Shown piece by piece: positions 1-9,788 of a DNA stretch of 64,000 nucleotides. Below the pieces are notes generated by a model, which saw only the letters and a list, made by a program, of their open reading frames with translations, did not search any database and was not told the origin of the DNA. The translations under genes and the position numbers were made by a program. This stretch comes from Candidatus Versatilivorator sp. Its GTDB lineage: Bacteria; Acidobacteriota; Terriglobia; Versatilivoradales; Versatilivoraceae. The stretch spans positions 96,001-160,000 of the forward strand of contig OZ242296.1 of assembly GCA_965207735.1 (NCBI GenBank), given 5' to 3'. Within the stretch, counting starts at the first letter, position 1; each line of letters opens with the position of its first letter.

Positions 1-2
1 TT

Positions 3-1550
3 CTGGAGAAACTCTTACTGGAAGCCTGTCTGGAGTCCATGAAGACGGGCGCCGTTGTGGGCATCCAGGACATGGGGGCCGCCGGACTCACCTGTTCCAC
101 CTGTGAGATGGGTGGACGGGCGGACACGGGGATCGAGATCGATCTGGCAAAGGTGCCTAAACGCGAGGAGGGCATGACTCCTTACGAAATCATGTTGAGC
201 GAATCTCAGGAACGGATGCTTCTGGTGGCTGAACGGGGAAGGGAAGAGGAGATATTCCGGATTTTCCGAAAATGGGAGATCGATGCCGTTGCTATCGGAG
301 AAGTCACCGGGGACGGGATGCTCCGAATCCTGGACCGGGAAGACAAAGTGGCCGAGATACCCAACCGGGCCCTGACCGATGAGGCTCCCCTTTATCGCCG
401 ACCGGTAGCCGCCCCCGCACCGACCTCTCCGGCGCCGGCGCCACCCGGGTCCCTGTCCATGGATTGGGGCAAGCTTCTGGAATGCTTTCTGGCTTCCCCC
501 AACCTGAGTTCGCGGGAGTGGGTCTATCGCCAATACGACCACATGGTGAGGACCAATACGGTTCAGTTTCCCGGAGCCGATGCGGCGGTGGTTCGAGTCA
601 AGAACACTCGGAAGGCCCTGGCCATGAGCCTGGATGGCAACGGTCGCTATTGCCGTCAGGATCCTCGGGTGGGAGCCCAGTTGGCGGTGGCCGAGAGCTG
701 CCGCAACCTGGTCTGTGCCGGAGCCCGTCCCCTGGCGGCCACCAACTGCCTGAATATGGGCAATCCGGAAAAACCCGAAATCATGTGGCAAATGACCCAG
801 GTGGTGGAAGGGATTGCCGATGCCTGCCGCGCCCTGGGGACGCCCATCACCGGCGGAAACGTCAGCCTCTACAACGAGACGCTGGGGGAGGGCATCGACC
901 CCACTCCCGTCATTGGAATGGTGGGCTTGATCGAACCGCTTTCTCGCCTCCGGGGTTCCTGGTTTGTCCGGGAGGGCCATCGGGTCATATTGTTGGGGCC
1001 GCTGGTGGGGTGTCCGACGGGCTATTCGAGCGCTGTCCGCCACAACCTGGCGAAGTTGCATCCGTTGCAGGAGAGGGGTGCGGACGTCTATACCCGCTGG
1101 GTCAGTCGGCTTCCCTGTCCGCCCTTGGACCTGGACCTGGAGGTTCGTGTGCAGAGGGCTTGCCGGAAGGGCATCGAGAGCGGCCTGATTCTTTCCGCTC
1201 ACGACTGTTCGGATGGAGGGTTGGCCGTAGCCTTGGCGGAGATGGGCTTTTGCCGCGATGGCGCAGGGACTCTGGGGGCGGAGATTCTTTTGCCCCGGTC
1301 CGAGGAGGTGGGAGAGGTGTTGTTTGCGGAATATCCCTCCCGGATTCTGGTGACGGTCGCGGAGGAAAATCTGGCGGCCCTGGAGAAGATGGCGGCGATT
1401 CAAGGTGTGCCGGTGACTTTTCTGGGACAGGTGGTCCCCGAAGTATTGAGCGTGCGTAGTCCCGATTCGGTTGTGCTCGAAAGATCGATAGTCTCCCTGG
1501 AGGAGACCTGGAGAAATTGTCTGGGAGGATTGTTCGCCGATCCATTATAA
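3..1550 (+). CDS. purL: Phosphoribosylformylglycinamidine synthase subunit PurL (5'-truncated by the window edge)
   Basis: Motifs QDMGAAGL, MLSESQERM, YRQYDHMV, TGGNVSLYN and AHDCSDGG; frame is open from position 3; adjacent to purF. Confidence 0.97.
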   Translation: MEKLLLEACLESMKTGAVVGIQDMGAAGLTCSTCEMGGRADTGIEIDLAKVPKREEGMTPYEIMLSESQERMLLVAERGREEEIFRIFRKWEIDAVAIGEVTGDGMLRILDREDKVAEIPNRALTDEAPLYRRPVAAPAPTSPAPAPPGSLSMDWGKLLECFLASPNLSSREWVYRQYDHMVRTNTVQFPGADAAVVRVKNTRKALAMSLDGNGRYCRQDPRVGAQLAVAESCRNLVCAGARPLAATNCLNMGNPEKPEIMWQMTQVVEGIADACRALGTPITGGNVSLYNETLGEGIDPTPVIGMVGLIEPLSRLRGSWFVREGHRVILLGPLVGCPTGYSSAVRHNLAKLHPLQERGADVYTRWVSRLPCPPLDLDLEVRVQRACRKGIESGLILSAHDCSDGGLAVALAEMGFCRDGAGTLGAEILLPRSEEVGEVLFAEYPSRILVTVAEENLAALEKMAAIQGVPVTFLGQVVPEVLSVRSPDSVVLERSIVSLEETWRNCLGGLFADPL

Positions 1551-1643
1551 TTTTCTATTCACGCCGCCCGTCATCCCTGTTGCCAATCTCTCCAATAGCC
1601 TCAGGCTGCGGTCCGGACAAAACTAAGGTGTCCCGGGGAACCG

Positions 1644-3035
1644 ATGTTCGACAAGTTTCGGGAAGAGTGCGGAGTCTTTGGGGTAATTGGCCATCGTGAG
1701 GCGTCCCGGATCACCTATCTGGGTCTGTACGCCCTTCAGCATCGGGGCCAGGAGAGCGCGGGAATTGTCTCGACCGATGGCAACGAACTCCACAGCGAGA
1801 CGGGGATGGGCCATGTGGCCGACATCTTTACCCAGTCTCGCCTGGAGAATCTGAAGGGGGAGGCGGCCGTCGGCCATACCCGCTACTCGACGGCGGGTGA
1901 GAGCGCCGCCAAGAACGCCCAGCCCCTGGTTGTTTCCTGCAGCCAGGGCGACTTGGCGCTCTGTCATAATGGGAACCTGATCAATGCCTTGCAGGTGAGG
2001 CGCCAGCTCGAGAAGTCCGGCTCGATCTTTCGGTCCACCAGCGATAGCGAGGTCATTCTTCACCTCATTGCCCGGTCCCGCGAGGGAACCATCGAGGGCG
2101 CAATTCAGGAAGCCCTGTCGCAATTGACAGGGGCCTACTCACTGGTTTTCCTGACCCACGAAAAAGTCATTGCCGTTCGGGATCCGCGGGGGTTTCGCCC
2201 CCTTAGCCTGGGTTGGTTGGAGGGCTCTCCGGTGCTGGCTTCGGAGACCTGCGCCTTTGACCTCATCGACGCCCGCTTTGACCGGGAAGTCGCTCCCGGG
2301 GAAATGCTGACGCTTTTCAAGGGCGGGACCCGGTCACGCCAGATCTCGCCGCCGCTGCCTCCCTCCTTTTGCGTCTTCGAGCACGTATACTTTTCCAGGC
2401 CTGACAGCCACATTTTTGGCCGGTCCGTTTACGAGAGCCGTCAGCTCCTGGGTCGGGCCCTGGCACAGGAGCAGCCGGTCGAGGCCGACATCGTGGTGCC
2501 GGTTCCGGATTCGGGGGTGGCCGCGGCCATCGGCTTCTCCCACGAATCGGGGATCCAGTTCGAGTTCGGGCTGATCCGCAACCACTATGTCGGCAGGACC
2601 TTCATCGAGCCCAAGCAGTCCATTCGCCATTTCGGGGTCAAGATCAAGTTGAATCCGGTGTCGGAGTTGATCCGGGGGAAACGAGTGGTGCTGGTGGACG
2701 ACTCCATCGTGAGGGGAACCACCAGCCGAAAGATCGTCAAGATGGTCCGGGACGCCGGCGCCGTGGAAGTCCATGTACGGATCAGTTGCCCACCCACAAT
2801 CTCCCCGTGTTTTTACGGGGTGGACACGCCTACCAAGCGGGAGTTGATTGCCTCCAGCCATTCGGTCGACGAAATTCGAAAGTATATCGAGGCCGACACC
2901 TTGGGATATTTGAGCCACCAGGGCATGCTCCGCGCCTGTGGCGTGGAGGAGGGCCAAGGCCATTTCTGCTCGGCCTGCTATACCGGCGACTATCCGGTGC
3001 CTTTTCCTGAGATGTCTGCGGTCGAGACTGTCTGA
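1644..3035 (+). CDS. purF: Amidophosphoribosyltransferase
   Basis: EECGVFG propeptide/Cys1, LQHRGQE, VLVDDSIVRGTT PRPP motif, C-terminal CSAC Fe-S motif. Confidence 0.98.
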   Translation: MFDKFREECGVFGVIGHREASRITYLGLYALQHRGQESAGIVSTDGNELHSETGMGHVADIFTQSRLENLKGEAAVGHTRYSTAGESAAKNAQPLVVSCSQGDLALCHNGNLINALQVRRQLEKSGSIFRSTSDSEVILHLIARSREGTIEGAIQEALSQLTGAYSLVFLTHEKVIAVRDPRGFRPLSLGWLEGSPVLASETCAFDLIDARFDREVAPGEMLTLFKGGTRSRQISPPLPPSFCVFEHVYFSRPDSHIFGRSVYESRQLLGRALAQEQPVEADIVVPVPDSGVAAAIGFSHESGIQFEFGLIRNHYVGRTFIEPKQSIRHFGVKIKLNPVSELIRGKRVVLVDDSIVRGTTSRKIVKMVRDAGAVEVHVRISCPPTISPCFYGVDTPTKRELIASSHSVDEIRKYIEADTLGYLSHQGMLRACGVEEGQGHFCSACYTGDYPVPFPEMSAVETV

Positions 3036-3108
3036 ACCGGTCCAAGTAAAAAAGTTGTTGCCACCGGATGCCGCGCCTCGTCCTGGTGAGCCGAGCCTTT
3101 GTGAGCCC

Positions 3109-4152
3109 ATGACTGCCAAGACCGTCTTTGCCTACCGGGACGCCGGCGTGGATATCGACCGGGCCGATGCCGCCAAGAAACGCATCAAGGCGCTGGCCCG
3201 CCAGACCTTTACACCGGAAGTGGTCAGCGAGATCGGCACCTTCGGCGGACTCTTTCGTCTCGAGAGGCAGCCGACGGCTCGGCCCATTCTGGTATCCAGC
3301 GTGGATGGTGTCGGGACCAAGCTCAAGATCGCCTTTGCCACCGGAGTCCATCACACCGTAGGCAGGGATCTGGTGGCCCATTGTGTCAACGACATCCTGG
3401 TGCAGGGAGCCTTTCCTCTCTTTTTCATGGACTACATCGCGACCCATCGGATGGAGCCGGAGGTCATCGCCAGGGTCGTGGAGGGCATAGCCGCCGGTTG
3501 CCGGGAGGCGGGATGCGCTCTACTGGGAGGAGAGACGGCCGAGATGCCGGGGTTCTATTCCGAAGGAGAGTACGATCTGGCCGGTTTCATCGTGGGACTG
3601 GTCGATCAGTCGCAACTGCTTGACGGACGACGCATCCGGCCGGGAGACGCCATCCTGGCACTGGCATCCACGGGGTTGCACACCAACGGTTACTCCCTGG
3701 CCCGCAAGTTGTTGTTCGAAGTGGGCGGTTATGAGGTTGGCACCAGGCTTCCCCGGTTGCCGCTCCCCTTGGGAGAGGCACTGCTGCAGCCTCACCGGAA
3801 TTATCTGTCCCTGCTGAAGCCACTGCTGGAGCGGGGTTGGCTCAACGGCTTGGCTCACATCACCGGAGGGGGACTGACCGACAATCTGCCCCGCATTCTC
3901 CCCGGTGGCTGTTCGGCTCACATTCAACTGAACTCCTGGCCCGAGCCGTCCATCTTCGGCGTTCTGCGGGAACTGGGACGGATCGATGAGGCCGAGATGC
4001 TGCGTACCTTCAATATGGGTATCGGCATGGCGCTGGTCGTATCGCCGGGCGAAGTGGCCAAAGTGGAAGAACATCTTGCCCGGAGCCGGGAATCCCTCTA
4101 CCGGATCGGCGAGATCCGTTCGGGGAAGCGACGGGTCTACTATAGGCGCTAG
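3109..4152 (+). CDS. purM: Phosphoribosylaminoimidazole (AIR) synthetase
   Basis: YRDAGVDI, DGVGTKL, GGETAEMPG, HITGGG and TFNMGIG motifs; start reassigned to ATG 3109. Confidence 0.97.
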   Translation: MTAKTVFAYRDAGVDIDRADAAKKRIKALARQTFTPEVVSEIGTFGGLFRLERQPTARPILVSSVDGVGTKLKIAFATGVHHTVGRDLVAHCVNDILVQGAFPLFFMDYIATHRMEPEVIARVVEGIAAGCREAGCALLGGETAEMPGFYSEGEYDLAGFIVGLVDQSQLLDGRRIRPGDAILALASTGLHTNGYSLARKLLFEVGGYEVGTRLPRLPLPLGEALLQPHRNYLSLLKPLLERGWLNGLAHITGGGLTDNLPRILPGGCSAHIQLNSWPEPSIFGVLRELGRIDEAEMLRTFNMGIGMALVVSPGEVAKVEEHLARSRESLYRIGEIRSGKRRVYYRR

Positions 4153-4215
4153 CTTCAGGGAAGGTTCGCGGTGTCCCTTGCCGGGATCCGGGCCTTCAGG
4201 ATGAGTGTGCATCGG

Positions 4216-4818
4216 ATGAAACGTCTCGCGATCCTGCTGTCCGGACGCGGCTCCAACTTCGAGGCCATCGCCGACAGCATCCAGCAGGGTCGCTTGCCGG
4301 CCCGCATCGAAGTGGTGGTCAGCAACCTGGCCTCGGCATCCGGACTGGAAAAGGCGCGGCGGCGGGGGTTGAAAACGCTGATTCTCCCCTCCCGGGGTGT
4401 GGCACGAGAAGACTATGACCGGAGCCTGGTCTACGAGTTGAAGCGGCACCGGGTGGATCTGGTCTGCTTGGCCGGGTTCATGCGGATCCTCAGTCCCCGC
4501 TTCGTCCGGTCCTTTCCCAACCGAATCCTGAATATCCATCCCTCCCTGCTTCCGGCCTTTCCAGGACTGCATCCGCAGCGTCAGGCGCTGGAATACGGCG
4601 TCCGGTTTTCGGGCTGCACCGTCCACTTTGTGGATGAAGGGGTGGATTCCGGCCCCATTCTACTGCAGGCTGTGGTGCCTGTGCTGGAGAGCGATGATGA
4701 AGAGTCGCTGGCCGCGAGGATCCTGGCGGAAGAGCATCGGCTCTATCCCCAGGTGATCGGGATGCTGGTCCGGAATGAATTGCGCCTGGTAGGTCGACGG
4801 GTGGTCCGCAGGTCCTGA
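4216..4818 (+). CDS. purN: Phosphoribosylglycinamide formyltransferase
   Basis: SGRGSN, LAGFMRIL, NIHPSLLP and GCTVHFVDEGVDSGP motifs; start ATG 4216 (ATG 4201 also possible). Confidence 0.97.
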   Translation: MKRLAILLSGRGSNFEAIADSIQQGRLPARIEVVVSNLASASGLEKARRRGLKTLILPSRGVAREDYDRSLVYELKRHRVDLVCLAGFMRILSPRFVRSFPNRILNIHPSLLPAFPGLHPQRQALEYGVRFSGCTVHFVDEGVDSGPILLQAVVPVLESDDEESLAARILAEEHRLYPQVIGMLVRNELRLVGRRVVRRS

Positions 4819-4876
4819 CTGTCGGATCGCGGAGCGCTGTTCAGATCGAGGGTTTTTCCTCTTGAGTTCGTCAAGT

Positions 4877-4906
4877 AATCCTGTTCATCCTGTCCATCCA
4901 TGTTAA
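4877..4906. repeat. ATCCTGT-periodic dispersed repeat (same family as 35815-36110)
   Basis: aatcctgttcatcctgtccatccatgtt matches aatcctgtgcatcctgtgtatccatgtt at ~35932. Confidence 0.6.
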
Positions 4907-4999
4907 TTGACCACGATACCCATGCTTGACTTTGAAGCGGTTTCCCGCCATCCGGCGCAGGGCGTTGTTTCAGGCGTTAGAGAGGGTACGGCTTGAATC

Positions 5000-6217
5000 G
5001 TGACTGTTGAGGAACAACTGAGCTTCCTGCGGCAGGGAGTCGCCGAGCTGATTCGACCGGAAGACCTTCAAGACCGGTTGGCACGCTCGGCTCAAACCGG
5101 AAGGCCCTTGCGGATCAAGGCGGGTTTCGATCCCACGGCGCCGGACCTGCACTTGGGCCACACGGTCATGTTGCGCAGCATGAGGCGTTTTCAGGACCTG
5201 GGCCACACGGTCATCTTCCTGATCGGCGACTTTACCGGCTTGATCGGGGACCCCTCCGGCCGCAGCGCCACCCGCAAGCCCTTGACCCGGGAGGAGGTGG
5301 CGGAAAATGCCGAGACCTACAAGCAGCAGGTGTTCAAGGTCCTGGATCCGGAAAAGACCGTCATCGACTTCAATAGCCGTTGGATGACGCCCTTCGGCAG
5401 CGAGCAGTTCCTCGGGTTGGCCTCCCGCTACACCGTGGCCCGCATGCTGGAGCGAGACGACTTCAGCAAGCGGTTGAAGAGGTCGCAGCCGGTCGCGATT
5501 CACGAGCTCCTCTATCCCCTGATTCAAGGGTATGACTCGGTGGTGTTGCGGGCCGACGTGGAAATGGGCGGCACCGATCAGAAGTTCAATCTGCTGGTGG
5601 GCCGGGAGCTTCAGAGGGAATATGGACAGGCCCCCCAGGTGCTGGTGATGCTGCCGTTGCTGGAGGGCTTGGACGGCGTGCAGAAGATGTCGAAGTCCTT
5701 GGGAAACACCATCGGGATCCAGGAACCGGCCTCGGAGATTTTCGGGAAGGTCATGTCGATCTCGGATGACCTCATGTATCGCTACTACGAACTCTGCACC
5801 GATCTGAGCTCGACGGGGGTCGACCGAATTCGAAACCAGGTGGCTCAAGGCAGCCTGCATCCCAAGGCTGCCAAGGTGAACCTGGCCAAGAGGATCGTGC
5901 GGGAGTTTCATTCGCACCAGGCCGCCGACCGGGCCGAGGAGGAGTTCCATCGCATCCATTCCCGGCGGCTGCTGCCGGATCGGATGGAGGAAAAAAGGCT
6001 GCCGGTCTCTCAGGAGCGGCTGCGGCTTTCGAAATTGATGGTGCGGGTGGGTCTGGCCGCCTCGGTGGGCCAGGCCGTACGCCTGATCGCCCAGGACGCG
6101 GTATCCCTGAACCAGGAGAAGGTCACCGATGTGAAGGCGGAGATGGATTGTTCCCGACCGTCCTCCTCGGTCTTGAAGGTAGGCAAACGGGGATTTGTGA
6201 AGGTGATCGTGGAGTGA
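5000..6217 (+). CDS. tyrS: Tyrosine--tRNA ligase
   Basis: [13 protein letters not shown] (HIGH-like), KMSKS, GGTDQ and a C-terminal S4 domain. Confidence 0.97.
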   Translation: MTVEEQLSFLRQGVAELIRPEDLQDRLARSAQTGRPLRIKAGFDPTAPDLHLGHTVMLRSMRRFQDLGHTVIFLIGDFTGLIGDPSGRSATRKPLTREEVAENAETYKQQVFKVLDPEKTVIDFNSRWMTPFGSEQFLGLASRYTVARMLERDDFSKRLKRSQPVAIHELLYPLIQGYDSVVLRADVEMGGTDQKFNLLVGRELQREYGQAPQVLVMLPLLEGLDGVQKMSKSLGNTIGIQEPASEIFGKVMSISDDLMYRYYELCTDLSSTGVDRIRNQVAQGSLHPKAAKVNLAKRIVREFHSHQAADRAEEEFHRIHSRRLLPDRMEEKRLPVSQERLRLSKLMVRVGLAASVGQAVRLIAQDAVSLNQEKVTDVKAEMDCSRPSSSVLKVGKRGFVKVIVE

Positions 6218-6266
6218 GCGTCCGGGGAGGGGGAACTCGGGGAATCAGCCTCATCGTGTTCATTGG

Positions 6267-6295
6267 TTGACAGGGAACATTCGTTAAAGTAGCCT
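6267..6295 (+). promoter_or_regulatory. Putative sigma70 promoter
   Basis: TTGACA-17 nt-TAGCCT upstream of the 6348 gene. Confidence 0.45.
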
Positions 6296-6347
6296 TACTT
6301 CCAGTAGTCCCCAAATGAATGACATTTCTTGGGAAGCGGGAGGAACT

Positions 6348-6668
6348 ATGAGAAACGCAGTCCTGATTTTCTTGCTGGCGGTTGCCGTGGCCGGCGGGCA
6401 ATTCATGGCGGGTGAGACCTTGACCGGACACGTCTCCGATGCCAAGTGCGGCGCCGCCCACGCCGACCATTCCGAAAAGTCGATCGGTTGTGTAAAGGGG
6501 TGTGTGAGTGGCGGTCAGGCACCCGTCTTCGTCACGGGAGACAAGAAGGTCCTCAAGATCGCCAATGCCGACAAGGTGATGGGTCATCTCGGCCACAAGG
6601 TCGAGGTCACCGGCAAGGTGATGGACGGGACCCTGACCATCAAGTCGGTCAAGCACCTGGCTCCTTAA
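6348..6668 (+). CDS. Small secreted Cys/His-containing protein (Acidobacteria-type, OB-fold-like)
   Basis: GGAGG RBS, signal peptide, SDAKCGAAH...CVKGC...VEVTGKV pattern. Confidence 0.75.
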   Translation: MRNAVLIFLLAVAVAGGQFMAGETLTGHVSDAKCGAAHADHSEKSIGCVKGCVSGGQAPVFVTGDKKVLKIANADKVMGHLGHKVEVTGKVMDGTLTIKSVKHLAP

Positions 6669-6882
6669 GGGTTGCACCCGATGGCAATCTTCCGGGGCAG
6701 GCATTCCAGCCTGCCCCGTTTCGTTTCCGCAGGTCACTAGCCCCTGTTGCACCGAGAGGGTACGAAGGGGGCGCAGTCTCCTCCAAGCCGGTCCCTCGAT
6801 CGCCCTGGCCTATATTGTGGAAGTGCATCCGCCGACTCCGAGAATCGGAACCGAGGCGCTGCCCTTGTGCCATAATGGTTTC

Positions 6883-7275
6883 ATGATCAAGATTCTCGCC
6901 CTATTCCTCCTCCTTCCTCTGATCGAACTGGCCCTCCTGATCGAGATAGGCAGCCACATTGGCACCCTGGCCACCGTGGCGCTGATTCTCGCCACCGGGG
7001 CGCTGGGAGCCTTTCTGGCTCGCAGCCAGGGGCTGGAAGTGCTACGCCGATTGCAGGCGGACACGGTGGCCGGAAGGCTCCCGGCGGCCCCGTTGGTCGA
7101 CGGGGTGATTATCCTGCTGGCAGGCGCCGTCCTGCTGACTCCCGGCGTCCTGACCGACATCCTGGGCTTTTTGTGCCTGGTCCCTGCGTTTCGGCAATTC
7201 CTGAAAGCAATGCTCTGGCGAAAGTTGAGACACTGGGTGGAGCAGAATCGGGTTCAGGTCTCAGTCAACCTCTAG
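6883..7275 (+). CDS. fxsA: FxsA family membrane protein
   Basis: PLIELALLIEIG...LLTPGVLTDILG signature. Confidence 0.88.
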   Translation: MIKILALFLLLPLIELALLIEIGSHIGTLATVALILATGALGAFLARSQGLEVLRRLQADTVAGRLPAAPLVDGVIILLAGAVLLTPGVLTDILGFLCLVPAFRQFLKAMLWRKLRHWVEQNRVQVSVNL

Positions 7276-7297
7276 CCCTGATCGGGCGCGACAGGCC

Positions 7298-7657
7298 ATG
7301 CAATCATCCGGGGCTTCAACCGATCTGGTCGTCGACAGCCACACGGGCCTGACCTGGAGCCGGCAAGACAACGGAAGGCGTCTCAGCTGGCACGATGCCG
7401 CCCGCCGCGCCCAGAGTCTGGATTTGGGTGGCCATCGCGATTGGCGCTTGCCGACACTGGAGGAACTCCATGGGTTGTGGGATCCGCCCCGCCGCACCAT
7501 TCGTAAGCCCTTCGAATTGTCCGGAGCCTGGGTGTGGAGCGCCACTCGTGCCGGAGCCGACCACGCCTGGTGTTTCTACTTCGCCATCGGGATGCGGATG
7601 CGCTATCCGCTCAATGTGTCCTATGATTTGAGGGCCCTGTTTGTGAGAGACCCCTAG
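7298..7657 (+). CDS. DUF1566 (Lcl C-terminal) domain protein
   Basis: VVDSHTGLTW, LGGHRDWRLPTLEEL, WVWS and AWCFYF motifs. Confidence 0.8.
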   Translation: MQSSGASTDLVVDSHTGLTWSRQDNGRRLSWHDAARRAQSLDLGGHRDWRLPTLEELHGLWDPPRRTIRKPFELSGAWVWSATRAGADHAWCFYFAIGMRMRYPLNVSYDLRALFVRDP

Positions 7658-7689
7658 CGAGGCTGTGTCTCATGTCAACAAAACATGAA

Positions 7690-7722
7690 TTGTTGATTGC
7701 TGATTGCTGATTGTTGATTGAG
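7690..7722. repeat. Heptamer tandem repeat (GATTG[C/T]T)n
   Basis: ttgttgattgctgattgctgattgttgattg in an intergenic region. Confidence 0.7.
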
Positions 7723-7924
7723 TGGTTAGGACCATCGATTGTGCCGTCAATCCATCTGAAGTCCACAATCTACAATCAGGGATTCACGGTCCGCAAATTG
7801 GACAATCCTGTCAACGTTGTATCACAGCGAGAGAATTAGACGGGATTTTCCACCGGGTTCCCGATTTGCCGGGACGGCGGCTTGAGCCGGCTTGTCGGGG
7901 TTCGGTGGCAGGTAAGGAGATAAT

Positions 7925-9565
7925 ATGCTGGGCAGCCAAGTGATCGCCGAACTATTGAAACGGGAAGGCGTGGAGCAGGTGTTCTGCTTTCCGCTGACTC
8001 CGATCCTCGACGCCTTGACCGAGGCCGGGGTTCGGCTGATCGTGGCCCGTCAGGAACGGGTGGCGGGCAACATGGCCGACGGATTCTCGCGGACCGCCTG
8101 CGGCGACCGCATCGGAGTAGTGACTGTGCAGCAGGGTCCGGGAGCCGAAAATGCCTTCGCCGGGATCGCCCACGCCTATACCGATTCCAGCCCCATCCTC
8201 TTCCTTCCGGGGCATCCCGGGAGAAACCAGGCCGGGGTTCCACCCACCTTCGGCTCGCTGGAAAACTACCGGGCCACCACCAAGTGGGCCGACCGGATCC
8301 CGGCGGCGGCAGCCATCCCCGGCCGGATGGCCCGGGCTTTCACCGCCTTGCGTTCGGGGAGACCCGGTCCGGTGTTGCTGGAGATTCCGGTAGACGTGGC
8401 CGAGGAGAAATTTTCGGGTTCCCTGGAGTACCGGCCGGTGCCGAAAATCAGGACCGGAGGAGACCCCGCGGCCGTCAGGGAAGCCGTTCGGGTGCTGCTG
8501 GCTGCCAAGCGACCGCTCATCTGGGCAGGGCAAGGGGTTTTCTACGCCAAGGCCGCCAGGCAACTGGAGCAGTTGGCGGAGCGGTTGGCGGCGCCGGTGA
8601 TGACCTCGCTCCAGGGCAAGAGCGCCTTCAACGAGACCCATCCTCTGGCTCTGGGGACCACCGGGTACAGCCAGACCGACATGGTGGGGGAGCACCTGGC
8701 GACCAGCGACGCCCTGTTGGTCATCGGCGCCAGCCTCACCCGCTCCCTGTTCGCCCCTGCCATTCCCGCCGACGGCCGGGTGCTCATTCATGCCACCCTG
8801 GACTGGAAGGATCTGAACAAGGGTTATCGGGCCGACGTGCCCATCCTGGGAGACGCCAAGCTGGTCCTGGAGCAGATGCTGGAGGAGGTCGAACGCCAGT
8901 CGGGGAACGAGGGACGGGAAGCTCGCCGCCGATCGGTCGAAGCCGGAATCGGGAAGCGTCGCGAGGCTTGGCAGGCACGCTGGGACGGCAAGCTCCAATC
9001 CTCCCAGACGCCCATCAACCCCTATCGAGTCATCGGCGAGCTGAAGAAAGCAGTGGACCCGGCCTCGGCCATCGTCACTCACGATTCCGGTTCCCCCCGA
9101 GATCAGATCGCTCCGCTCTACGAGGCGGTGACGCCGCGCGGTTACCTGGGATGGGGAAATTCAACCCAGTTGGGCTTTTCCCTGGGTGCCGCCATGGGGG
9201 CCAAGCTGGCGGCTCCCGACAAGCTGGTGGTCACTCTCATGGGAGATGCGGCCTTCGGGATGGTGGGCATGGATCTGGAGACGGCGGTGCGGGAAAACAT
9301 CCCCATCCTGGTTCTGCTATTGAACAATTCGGCCATGGGCGGCTACGAACAGCACATCCCCAAAGCCGCCATAGAAGGCCGCGTCAAGTTCCTGTCGGGA
9401 AACTACAGCCAGGTGGCTCGGGGGTTGGGGGCCTATGCCGAGCGGATCGAAGATCCGGAAGCGGTGCAGGCTGCCTTGCAACGCGGAATGGCTGCAACTC
9501 GGGAAGGGCAGCCGGCCCTGTTGGAGTTCATCACCTGCGAGGAAACGGATATCGCCAAGCGCTAG
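7925..9565 (+). CDS. Thiamine pyrophosphate-dependent enzyme (acetolactate synthase-like family)
   Basis: RQERVAGNMADG, GPGAEN, and the GDAAFGM...NN TPP motif. Confidence 0.9.
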   Translation: MLGSQVIAELLKREGVEQVFCFPLTPILDALTEAGVRLIVARQERVAGNMADGFSRTACGDRIGVVTVQQGPGAENAFAGIAHAYTDSSPILFLPGHPGRNQAGVPPTFGSLENYRATTKWADRIPAAAAIPGRMARAFTALRSGRPGPVLLEIPVDVAEEKFSGSLEYRPVPKIRTGGDPAAVREAVRVLLAAKRPLIWAGQGVFYAKAARQLEQLAERLAAPVMTSLQGKSAFNETHPLALGTTGYSQTDMVGEHLATSDALLVIGASLTRSLFAPAIPADGRVLIHATLDWKDLNKGYRADVPILGDAKLVLEQMLEEVERQSGNEGREARRRSVEAGIGKRREAWQARWDGKLQSSQTPINPYRVIGELKKAVDPASAIVTHDSGSPRDQIAPLYEAVTPRGYLGWGNSTQLGFSLGAAMGAKLAAPDKLVVTLMGDAAFGMVGMDLETAVRENIPILVLLLNNSAMGGYEQHIPKAAIEGRVKFLSGNYSQVARGLGAYAERIEDPEAVQAALQRGMAATREGQPALLEFITCEETDIAKR

Positions 9566-9788
9566 CCCGCCCTGCCGTGCCTGAAACAAACGAAAAAAGA
9601 CAAAACAAAAAACTTTTCCACGAAGGGGCACGAAGAACGACGAAGGGCCACCAAGGCGCTGAGGTAAACCGCGACGGGGTGCCAAGTTCGCGAAGGGATT
9701 GTCGATTTCTGATTGTTTCACTCTCGAATGATCCGCACGGCAGGGTGGGGGCGGGACTTGTCTGAAACAAACGAAAAAAGACAAAGGA

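Noticed and set aside
4819-4999. T-box leader upstream of tyrS
   Set aside because: No T-box (AGGGTGGNACCGCG) or terminator; the region holds a dispersed repeat instead.
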